A DNA stretch of 20,599 bases. Origin: Emiliania huxleyi CCMP1516. Its lineage: Eukaryota. The notes under the pieces were generated by a model that worked only from the letters and a program-made list of their open reading frames with translations, had not been told where the DNA came from and did no database searches. The stretch lies in assembly GCF_000372725.1 (NCBI RefSeq), contig NW_005202428.1, positions 769,221 through 789,819 of the forward strand. Reading direction: 5' to 3'. Shown here in pieces: positions 1 through 9,201 of the stretch (its first letter is position 1; each line of letters begins with the position of its first letter). The position numbers were made by a program, and so were the translations under genes.

Positions 1-382
1 ATATGGGTCCTCGAGCATGGGTCGGGACGCACCCGCGAGGTGGCAGTCAAGAGTCATGCGGGCTTCGCGGCGATCTGGAGGCCGAGGCTGCGCAGCCGCA
101 CTAAAGTCGAGCATAAGATGTGAGCCATGCAGTGTGTGGAACGAAGCTCGCAACTTATAATATATGAAAGACGGTGGCGGTGGTGGACAGCGTAACACAG
201 TTCTGTCGGCGCGCGGCCCTCGCGGACGAGGGGGCAAGGTACGCTGCTGTGCGGAAGTATGCACGCGCATACCGCGGGCAAGTCGAGCCGATCGACTCGA
301 GCTCGACTCGACTCGACTCGGCTTATGCAGCGCAAGGAGCAACGGTCGACATGAGCACGGCGCATGGGCGGAGGTTCGTCGC

Positions 383-657
383 GCGTCCGTGACGCGCCAA
401 ATTGCTCTGGAGTCGTCGTCGTTGGTGTCCCGCTCGACAGTGAAGCTGTCGGGCTCCACGCGACACTGGAAGACGACAAGGAACTCGTCGTCATGCTCCG
501 ACGACTCAAGCTTCTGCTGCTTGGCATACTGGACTGCGTAAGCAGGGTCGGGCGTGCAGTAGACGCCCTGGCCGTAGCGCGAGCCGTTGTGCGCCGTCTC
601 CTTGCCGCCCCTGATCTTGAAGCCCTCGCGCACGATGCCGCGCACGATGCACGGCCG
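383..657 (-). pseudogene. C-terminal fragment of a PARP-like (NEURL4/Gig2-type) ADP-ribosyltransferase domain
   Basis: Manual translation of a frame absent from the ORF track: RPCIVRGIVREGFKIRGGKETAHNGSRYGQGVYCTPDPAYAVQYAKQQKLESSEHDDEFLVVFQCRVEPDSFTVERDTNDDDSRAIWRVTDA. It shows the IxxxGF, YGxGVYxTP..YA..Y and VFQCRVxP motifs. There is no start, and the expected terminal RPYGIL-type strand is missing. Confidence 0.8.
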
Positions 658-659
658 GC

Positions 660-1003
660 CCCCACGCCAGTCGCGCTCTCCCTCACCGGACTCGCCGCCC
701 GCCAAGCGGGCTTCCTCCGCCGACTCGTCCGGCTATGAAACCGATACGCCGGACGAGGTGCAGCAAGAGGCTGTACGCAAGGTCTGCGGCGCGCTCGGCA
801 TGAGGGAGCAGTTCGAGGCGGCGATGGCGGCGGGCGAGCTGCTCGAGAGGCTCGAGAGCTTGCCGCGAGGGGCGGTCGAGGCCTCCGTTCGGCTGATGCG
901 CGGTTACAACCGCACGGGCGAGTGGCCAGAGCCCATTCTCACCAGCCCTGCCCCGCAGCGCGGCCGCTCGCCAAGCCCCGTCGATGAGTGGTCAGATGGA
1001 TAG
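660..1003 (+). pseudogene. 3' fragment of an unknown coding sequence
   Basis: Part of ORF 587-1003 (PPRQSRSPSPDS...EQFEAAMAAGELLERLESL...DEWSDG*) with GC3-rich codons. Its 5' part is only the antisense of the ART fragment, so it has no credible start. Confidence 0.35.
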
Positions 1004-1226
1004 ATTTAGTGCCCGAGAGCGAGGGGTCCGGGGGGGAGCACAAACATAGGACGCCCAGCCTTGCCCTCGTGCTGCCGAGTGCATATCCTATGCGAGAGAG
1101 ATCCCCTGTGCCCTGTGCCCAGCCCTCTCCGCGCGGCGATGCGCCCTCCCCCCTCGCTTTTGCAAAATCCTGCAAAGGTGGGGACGTGTCTGTCCTCGAC
1201 CCAGCCCTAGCTTGGGATGTCCGTTG

Positions 1227-1243
1227 TATTTATTTATTTATTT
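1227..1243 (+). repeat. (TATT)4 tract
   Basis: tatttatttatttattt in a GC-rich background. Confidence 0.85.
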
Positions 1244-1260
1244 GATAAATTCTACTCATA

Positions 1261-1365
1261 GCGGTGGTTGAGGCCGATTGCCTCTCAACTGTCAACCACG
1301 TGGTTGACAGAGGCCTCAACCCTCAACCAAGTGGTTGACAGACCCCTTCAACCCCTCAACCACGC
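1261..1365. repeat. Palindromic, MITE-like element built from TCAACC/GGTTGA units
   Basis: Perfect 22-bp palindrome ctgtcaaccacgtggttgacag at 1289-1310; ggttgaggcc (1266-1275) / ggcctcaacc (1312-1321); outer inverted pair gtggttgagg (1264-1273) / cctcaaccac (1354-1363). Confidence 0.7.
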
Positions 1366-1544
1366 GGAATGGCTGTTCACACCCCCCGCGCCGCACGCAA
1401 TAACCTCACACAGCTCGATCGAGATCTAGAGAGCCACAATCGAGAGGACCATCGGGTCGCCCCGCCCCCGGACGTTATGGGGCGGCGGGCGGGGAGGTTC
1501 GCTCGTACGGTACGGAGGATGGACTCTGGATTGACTCCGCTGGC

Positions 1545-2354
1545 TTAGTCGGAGTCGTCCTCCTCGCCCTCCTCGTCTTCCTCGTCCTTGTCGTCGTCGT
1601 CGTCGTCTTCCTCTTCGTCCTCCTCGTCCTCGTCCTCCTCCTCGCTCTCGTCTTCACCGCCGCTGCCGCTGCCGCCGCCGTCCGAGTCGTCGCCAGATCC
1701 GAAGGAGTGGTCCCAGACCGCCTTGAAGAAAACGATGACGAGGGCAGGGATGAAGGCCTGGGCAAGGAAGAAAAGGCCGAGCGCGCCCATGACCACATGC
1801 CCCAGCACACCGCCCAGTGTCAAAGAGGCCCAACCGCCGAATATATTGACAGAGAGATAGAGGAAGCTCTTTGGCAGCCAGATAGCAGCGCGGCAGAGAG
1901 CAAGCGCAAAGGAGTCAGAGTTCACCTTTTGCTCGGCCTTTTTCTTTTTGTCATACGCCTTGGCAAGAGACGACAAGTACAATTCGTGGTACTCCTTTAT
2001 GTCATCGTCGATAAGGTCATCGTACGTCTCTTCGTTGCCAGCCTCTTCCATCGCCGCCTCAAGCTCGGTCATGAAATCGCGCCAGTAAGTCTCCAGTTTG
2101 TTCTCCCGAACGTGGACACAGACAAGCCCATACACCGCAGCCTGGACCGCATCGAAGCTCGCGCGCTTCTCCTTCACGTCTCCGCGGCGCATCCCAGAGC
2201 AGTTCTCACGCTCCCAGTCCTGCCACTCCTCCGGCGTGGTGACCATGCACTCTTCGAACGTGAAATACTCGAGTTCGTTAGCATCATCGTAGTGAATGTC
2301 AGGCTTGCCACCGCCAGGCCGACGCCGAGCGGGAGACCGTGCTGGGCGCACCAT
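1545..2354 (-). CDS. Hypothetical membrane protein (269 aa) with a very acidic C-terminal tail
   Basis: Uninterrupted ORF from ATG 2354 (MVRPARSPARR) with coding-like codon bias, hydrophobic segments (FLYLSVNIFGGWASLTLGGVLGHVVMGALGLFFLAQAFIPALVIVFF) and a poly-D/E tail. Confidence 0.75.
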   Translation of the reverse strand: MVRPARSPARRRPGGGKPDIHYDDANELEYFTFEECMVTTPEEWQDWERENCSGMRRGDVKEKRASFDAVQAAVYGLVCVHVRENKLETYWRDFMTELEAAMEEAGNEETYDDLIDDDIKEYHELYLSSLAKAYDKKKKAEQKVNSDSFALALCRAAIWLPKSFLYLSVNIFGGWASLTLGGVLGHVVMGALGLFFLAQAFIPALVIVFFKAVWDHSFGSGDDSDGGGSGSGGEDESEEEDEDEEDEEEDDDDDDKDEEDEEGEEDDSD

Positions 2355-2469
2355 TTTCGGCAAGGAGCGACGCCGCAGGATGCGTTACAAGCAAGATGAC
2401 TGTGCACAACAAGTGCTCCAAGTGCTCCAAGATTATCTACGGCAGATACTTGCGGCAGGGTCGACCACC

Positions 2470-2615
2470 ATAGGGTCGATTCCGCGTGGTACGGGACCCC
2501 TCGACCGTCTCGCCCTCCCTCACTGGTGTGTTCATCGGGGGGGGTCATCACAAACACGGTACAGGATCGAGGTGCACGCTCGCTGCAGAAGCAGTGAGTG
2601 AGTGTCGTCCCCCCT
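2470..2615. repeat. Dispersed ~150-bp repeat, copy A
   Basis: Same orientation as 15320-15486. 2470-2527 vs 15320-15377 is 55/58 identical; 2550-2580 vs 15412-15442 is 31/31; 2601-2615 vs 15472-15486 is 15/15. Confidence 0.95.
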
Positions 2616-2620
2616 AAGGT

Positions 2621-3028
2621 AGCCCTCGCGCACGATGCCGCGCGCGCGTGCCGTGATACACGACCGGCCAGCCCGACTCCTTCTGCAGCCATTTGTTGCT
2701 GGCGTACTTGTCCTTGACGGCCACAGGGCGAACTTCGCCCATCCCTCAGGCGGCAGATACTTGCGTCCGCCACGCTCCTGATGCGCGAGCTTCTCCGATT
2801 TCTCCCGGGTGTACCTGAAATCATACTTCTTCTCGGCGAAGTCATTCAGGACGAGCTTGCAACGGATGCGCAGGATCTTGCGCAGCTCATCGCACGTAAG
2901 CTCGGGCAGCTTCAGCACTGACTTCTTCTTCTTGGCCTTGGCGTTCTTCATCTTGGACACCGCCGATCTTGGCGTCTGCGCAGCGGCGGCAGCGACCCCC
3001 CGCCCCGGCGCGCTTCTCCTTGGCGCGA
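2621..3028 (-). pseudogene. N-terminal fragment of a PARP-like (NEURL4/Gig2-type) ADP-ribosyltransferase, frameshifted
   Basis: KMKNAKAKKKKSVLKLPEL...KYDFRYT...ERGGRKYLPPEGWAKFAL, frameshift at ~2723, then AVKDKYASNKWLQKESGWPVVYHGTRA, second shift, then GIVREG. RGGxxYxxPxGWxxFAL and WPVxYHGT are typical of this clade. Confidence 0.8.
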
Positions 3029-3609
3029 GAAACGAACTAATCGGCGATTTACAAGCGGCAAAAAAATCAATTTGCGCGAGCGTCCGGCCCGCTGGGTGCG
3101 CTTCTCCGCTCCCCGGTTTTGGGCGTGCGGTTGATGACCGCACTCCAAGTGCTCCAAGTGAGATGAGACCACCAGTGGAGGCAGTTGGGAGTCCACCGAG
3201 CACCGCGCTGCGAGCCTGTCTGTCGCTGTCCCTGGCTGGTCAGTCAGCCGGAGCAGGAGAACCCCCTGTGCCCCTGATCGTCCTTCCAAAGTCCTGCTCG
3301 TGCAGGTGGGATCTTTCTTAGCGAAACGCTGGGGTGGCCACCCCCGAGACCGGGCTGCGAAACAAACAACGGCGTCCAGACCTCGATCGAGTCCAGACCG
3401 ACCGCCGCTCGAGACAAACAAAATGTTCTTGGCTGCTCTCTAAAATGTTCGTAACAGCTGTTAGAGATTGTTATAGCTGGCCGCCATAAACAACCAGTCG
3501 GAGGTGTTATGAGTGTTATCTGTTATGAGGTATGCTGGCGGTTCTTTTTTGCTGTGAGAGAGTCTTTTTTATTTTCCCACGGCGTCGCAACGTGCGTTGT
3601 GATCAGCCC

Positions 3610-5341
3610 ATGGACGGCATCGCCTACGCCGCGATCATTTTCGTCTGCGCCGCCGTTGGCGGCGGCACACCGCTAAAAAATGGTTTCGCGCGCGCTTTCT
3701 CCCACGTAGGCCTGGCGCAGACTCGCTGGTCAGCTCGCTGGCTCTCTTCAACGAGGCGGCGGAGCCGGCGCCGGTGGTGGTCGAGATAGCCGCTCGCTCC
3801 TCTCCGGCGAGTGAGCCGAGGGCGTGCAGGGTGCCGATGTCCAGGGTCGTGCCGATGGTGCCGACGGGCGATCCCGGGGAGGAGCGAGAGGGAGTGCATA
3901 CAGCGGCTGCCATCGAGCCTGCGGCGAGACGAGGCCCCTCTGACGCAACCTCTCTCCCTCACAGAAAGGGAACCTCTCTCCCTCACATGCCGGGCCTGTG
4001 CGGACTAGGCCGCTCCGCCGCGCTGTCTCTCGTCGGGGCGGGGGTCCTCTTCCTCTCGCTCACCATGTGTGCGCACCGCACCTCTCTCGGAGCAGGCCTC
4101 GTCCTGAACCTTCTCTCGGAACCTTCCTGTAGGCACTCCTTCATCGCCGGCCTCGTCCTCGGCGTCAGACTAGATGACAGCAGAACTCAAGCCGAGATCA
4201 GCCGAGCTCAAGCCGAGATCAGCCGAGCTCAAGCCGAGATCAGCCGAGATCAAGCCGAGATCAGGCTCGCTCCGGGGTCGAACGCGGCGAAGAGTTGTGT
4301 CCTGTGCCTCCAAACACAGGCGTCAGCGGCGGCGAGGATGGCTTGGGCATCTTCGTGGCGATCATCGCGCACAAGGTTTTCGCCGCGTGGGCGCTCGGTA
4401 CAAGCCGCCCGCCGACAGCGCTTGTGCCCCCGCCCTCGCTCCCTCTGCCGTGTGACCTCCCACACCTCTCCCCCGCGGACTCGTCTTCTCGAGTAGAGCT
4501 AGTGCGCGCGGAGTCGAGGTCGACGCGAGGACACCGGGTAGAGCTATACGCGGGGGAGTCATCCCCCCTCCCGAGGAGGGGAGGAACGCAGCCCGCCTCC
4601 TCCCCCTCCTCCCGCACCCCTCCATCTCTGTAGCATGCTGCGTCTTTCGCCCCCTCTGCGCCTGTGCTGAGCGCCTCTGGCGGTCGTAGCAGGAAGCAAC
4701 TAGAGAAACACTGCCGCGACTCTCGCCGTTCGCCTCTAGGCTGCGCGCTTGCGACTGCGCCGGGACCCTTCGCCGCGCGCGCAGCGTGGCTGCTCGGCTT
4801 CACCCTCGCGACACCCACTGGCGAGATTTGCCGAGATCGAGATCCCCAGTGGGGGAGGATTGTGTGAGAGGGATGTGCCCAGGACGAGATGTGCCGAGAA
4901 AGATGAGATGCGAGATCGCCACGTGACGATCGCCACGAGATCGCGCGTGCCTCTAGGCGTCGTCGTCGGCATGAGTCTCTCTACGGCCGCGTGGGTCAAT
5001 CACACGCGCCGAGCAGAGCAGCAGGCCATCATCAGAGGAGGTGTAGAAGTCACGCCTTAGCCCCGGTGGTCTCACAGGTCGACAGCACCGTGGAGAGCAG
5101 CCTCGTCGCACTGGCCGCGGGCTTCTTCCTGTACGTCGGCCTGATGGAGATCATCGCGAAGGTAAGCGAAAGAGGAGGCTCAGCACGCGCGGGCACACAT
5201 CTCTCTCGGCTATGTCTCGGCGTCATCCCGCAGGAACTCGTCGACTACCAGACGAAGGGCGCTGGCTGGTTCGCCTCCCTCAAGCTGTTGATGCTCCTCC
5301 TCGGCTTCTCCTTGATGGCGATGCTTGCGATCTGGGTCTAG
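3610..5341 (+). CDS. ZIP-family (Zn/Fe) transporter, multi-exon, probably a damaged copy
   Basis: Exons give MDGIAYAAIIFVCAAVGG, LFLSLTM|HSFIAGLVL|GVSGGEDGLGIFVAIIAHKVFAAWAL|GCAL..LLGFTLATPT|GVVVG, LVALAAGFFLYVGLMEIIAK|EL...KLLMLLLGFSLMAMLAIWV*. Inferred introns include 3665-3709, 4067-4132 and 4162-4319. TM2-TM3 were not found and there is a frame break near 3745. Confidence 0.85.
4186..4264 (+). repeat. Intronic 10/11-bp tandem repeat GCCGAG(A/C)TCA(A)
   Basis: About 7 units, mostly alternating 10 and 11 bp (21-bp higher-order period), inside ZIP intron 4162-4319. Confidence 0.95.
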
Positions 5342-5598
5342 ACTCACAGTTCTCACACAAACTCTGAAACTCTGGCAAACAATCAACAACAATAGCTTTC
5401 ATTGGTATTGCTCAAAATCTCAAACTCTGTTCTCACACGAAGGCATAACCCCGGGCCCGGATCGCAGCACTCTCACTCACAAAATATGTAGAAAAGCGGC
5501 AAGGATGACAAAAAGAAAACGGACAGCGCCGCCTTTGGTTCCCCCGCAGAAGCGCAGCTCGCCGCCATCATTCGTCCCCCCTGCCCATCGTCGTCGCA

Positions 5599-8406
5599 AT
5601 GTTGCCGTTTGCGCTCGCCGCCCTCAGCGTCCGGCCGGGCCTCCAGAATATGGGTTACACGACGACAGACGGATCGCCATTCTGGCAGGAATCGCCCACG
5701 AGCTACCTGAAAGCCTCGGGTCGCACGCTCAAGCTCGGCCTCTCTCCCGCAAGCATCAACCCATGGTTCATCCGCCCGGACGACTGTGTCCCGCCAGAGG
5801 CCCCGCCGTTCAACGGCACCGCAAACTTTCCGGACTGCAAATACAGCGGGTACGCCGTTGATTATTGGCATCTGCTCGCACAACAGGTCGGCGCAGTCGG
5901 GACCACCTTCACCGACTGGGAGAGCCTCAACAATGTGGAGCACACCTACCTTCAGGACGGGTCGTGCCTGTGGTCACGAGCGTGCGACGCGATCGTCTAC
6001 GACCACACCTTCGCGCAGACGTATCAGTGGAGCGGCCCGTACTTTTCGAACTTTAGCGAGCTTGCGGACCCGGCCGTCCATCGCGGCGCACAGCTCCAGT
6101 ACGTGCGCGACTACAACAGCTTTTGGAACTCTTCCCGCGTGATCCCGGGCGGCGAGCAGGGCCTCCCGACACAGGGCCTCGCCGTGGTTGCGCCGCACTA
6201 CACCGACTCGTACGTCGGCACGGAGGGACGGGCGAGGACGCGACTCCGGCACCACCGCGCCGTGACATGCCTCCGTCCGTTCGGCTCAATAGGCGTGGTG
6301 ATGCAGACGCGCCAGCGGAATTCGGCCCTCACCCTCGCCCTCAAGCCCTTCTCGACCGGCCTGTGGCTCGCGGTGGCCGCCTTCCTCGCGGTGTGCCCAA
6401 TCGCCCCGCGCCACCCTGCTCCTCGCCGTCGGTGGACCACGGTCTCTGAACCTCCTCGGAGCTTTCTTGTAGGTGGCGGCGCTCCTCCTCCTCGCCATCG
6501 CCGCGCTCAGCCCGCTTCGCGAGGCCCGGCCAGGGGCAGTAGCCGCGCTCCCCGCTGCATACGCGCACGCGCTCTACCAGAGCATGGCTTCGTGCATGGG
6601 GGGCATATCACACGTCCGCTTCACCTCATTTGCATCTACCGGTTGAAAGCAACAGCGACTGGTTAATGATTGATAGGCAGCTCCTCGCTGTACGGCATCT
6701 CTCTCGGCACCACTTTCGAGAATGTGTGGGACTCGTGGGCCTCCCGCCTCCTCCGGCTCGGCATGCTCGTCGTGGTGATGACGCTGCAGGAGACGCGAGG
6801 GGTTACCCCCACTTGCCGCACCACGTCGTGTGTGGAGGGACTTCACTTATTGCCTTAGGCTACGTACATCGCGAGTCTCACCTCTATCCTGAGCCGGCCG
6901 CTCTTCGAGGTGCAACGGCCCACGTGATGAGCGAGATCAACCGAGATGGCCCTGAACCTTCTCGGAACCTTCCTGTATAAGGTGCAAGGGCCCACTTCGA
7001 TGAGCGAGCTCAGGGAGGCGCCGGTGCCGGTCCCGTCGCCCCAGCCCTTGTTTGGATTTAGGCCCCACGTCTCCCGATGCTAGTCGCTTGGGCGTGGAGT
7101 TGAGGTTGCTAGTCTAACTAGGCGACCGCGTGCGTCCGCGCCGAATGGCTCGTTCCGTACGTCAGCCCGCTAGCCCGCGAGGCGAGGCCGCGCCCGAGAT
7201 GACCGAGATCACCCGAGATCACCCGCTCGCCCGCGTGCCGCGAGGTGAGGCCACCCGAGTCAAATCGACCGAGAGTCCGCCTCGTCGCGCCCGTGCGAGA
7301 GGGGCAAGGCTCGCCTCCACCCCCGCCACGCCCTCCGCGCCGCAGGTCATCCACGCGACGAGCAGCAGCGGCGCCAGCGTGCAGATTGGGACGCCGGCCG
7401 GCCCCGACGACACCTCCACCTTTTCCTTCAAAGAGAGCGGCGAGTGGTGCCTCGAGCGGCTGCGCGACGGGTCAGCGGACGTGTGGATCGAGTCCAACAC
7501 CATCGCCAAGCCCGTCGCGCTCCGCCATTGCCCTTCCACCTCGTCCGACACCGCCTTCGTGCTCGCACCCGCCATCAGCTTCGGGCAGGCACACTCTGCG
7601 AGTACCCGAGTTCACACGAGTTACACGAGATCACACGAGATTTCAGGCGATCGCCCGCCCCTCCCCTCCGGTGCTCCCCACGCCATGGCACGGCCTCGCC
7701 TCGCGTCACGCCTCTCCACAACCCCGGTCCGACGCTTCGGCGCAGTCGGCCTACTCGTTCGCCATGCGGTCCGAGGACGAGGAGCTGGCGAATCACCTCT
7801 CCGCCGCAAACATCTTCTACGGCCTGCAGCACCCATCAGAGCGGCAGGAGCTCGGGCGAGATCGAGATCGATCGAGAGAGGGAGCTCACTTCTGAAACAA
7901 GAACAGCTTTGGCAGGAGCTCGAGCAGCGCTGGTTTGACAGCGGCAAGTCGTGTCCGGCCGTCACCCTCGCCGAGGCGCGCCGGCGCCCGACTGCATCGC
8001 GGAGGAGGCATTCTTTCACCCGCTAGCCGCGCGGTGCTGCAGGTGTCGCGGATTGACTTTGCGCCGTTCGCGGGCGTCTTCGTCGTCTTCGCCGCGCTCG
8101 CCATCGCCGGCTTGCTCGCCGGCGCGGCGACACGGGCGTGCCGCGTCTCACGCGATGCGGCTAATCACGGCGAGGCGAGTCGCGCCGAGGACATGTACAC
8201 CGACGCGCCCACCAACGCCGCGGGCGTGCCGAAGGCGCTGCTCGCAAGGCTCGACGCCACACTGCGACGTGGCGGGGGGGGGGTGTTTGGCGCCACTCCT
8301 CTCCGGGCTGAGCTTGAATAGGCTCGACGCGATGGAGGACCAGATGAAGGAGACGCTGGAGGAGACGCGTGCCCTGTTCGGCAAAGGCGAGGACGAGGGC
8401 CCGTGA
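5599..8406 (+). CDS. Ionotropic glutamate receptor-like ligand-gated ion channel, about 12 exons
   Basis: N-terminal hydrophobic start; S1 (YSGYAVDYW...APHYTDSYVGVVM); pre-M1/M1 LKPFSTGLWLAVAAFLA; M3 SWASRLLRLGMLVVVMTLQ|ATYIASLTSILS (SYTANLAA-equivalent); S2 (GPTSMSELRE...LERLRDGSADVWI...YSFAMR...ELEQRWF); M4 FAGVFVVFAALAIAGLL. Frame-consistent introns: 6218-6292, 6391-6472, ~6555-6676, 6790-6858, 6910-6981, 7018-7121, 7182-7345, 7589-7745, 7848-7915, 7976-8042, 8249-8321. Confidence 0.85.
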
Positions 8407-9201
8407 GGAGCGAGGGCAGAGCCCGCCCGAGGCACGCCGCGGCGGGGGGCGGGCTTGGCCCGGCGCAGCGGGGCGCACGGACAGTTGCCCATTAGAGCGC
8501 ATCGGTTCGCTGTACATTTTGTTTACCGTAGTCTTGGAGAGGCGCTTTGTACTCGGGTTTAGATGGTAGCGGGGGGGCCGCCGGAGGCTGGTTACTGTTG
8601 AGCCGACGCGAGCTGAGCGTGCATGGTAGTGGCACTAGAGGGTGTCTGGAGGGTGAGTTGACGGAATAATCGAGGGACGCGACCCACACTTCGCCACAGA
8701 CGGTCCCGCGCCTCGCCGCTATGACGGCTACACGACCGCGGCTCGTGTGTGCGTGTAGCCGTCTTTGTCCGGAGTGAAAAGTCCAACACTCGGCGAACCT
8801 CGACAGCGCCTTCGGTGGCATGCAACTCTGTGCGACAGAAGTCTGGAGAGCAGCTCCTCTGCTGCTCACACGCTCTGCACAGTTGGCACAGCCTACTGTG
8901 CGGCTGCCACAGCTGTCACAGCGATGGGCTCGCCCTCACTGGCCCCCAGTCACTTGTGCTGCGGCTTGTGTGAGCGACACTGCTCGACGACTGCCGGCAC
9001 ACTGTGCGAGCATGGGTGTGAGGTAAAAGCACGCGCTACCCCAGCGCTTGGTTACATCAGCCCTGAGGTCAGATCCTTCTACTCTGTTGATAGTAACACT
9101 TGACGCCCAAGGGCAAACATGGGAGACGACTGTGTGCACGGCCCGCTCCCGCCCGCGCCTCGGGGCGCACAGCATCATGCGCAGACCGCAGCAGCCACCG
9201 C

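Noticed and set aside
1..392. Short plus-strand frames (IWVLEHGSG...; ...YAAVRKYARAYRG...)
   Set aside because: Possibly further captured fragments, but no family could be recognised to support a call.
1588..2399. Plus-strand ORFs opposite the acidic membrane protein, and similar ORFs opposite the other genes
   Set aside because: Antisense or alternative-frame shadows caused by high GC and scarce stop codons.
2470..2615. Hammerhead, HDV-like ribozyme or snRNA identity for the dispersed repeat
   Set aside because: No CTGANGA/GAAA core, no convincing HDV topology and no snRNA signature seen on either strand.
621..2643. Exact 2000-bp offset of the shared 23-mer
   Set aside because: No mechanism is implied, so treated as coincidence. 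The sequences diverge immediately on both sides.
4186..4264. Regular repeats resembling a CRISPR array
   Set aside because: Contiguous 10-11-bp units with no spacers, inside a eukaryotic intron, and no cas genes.
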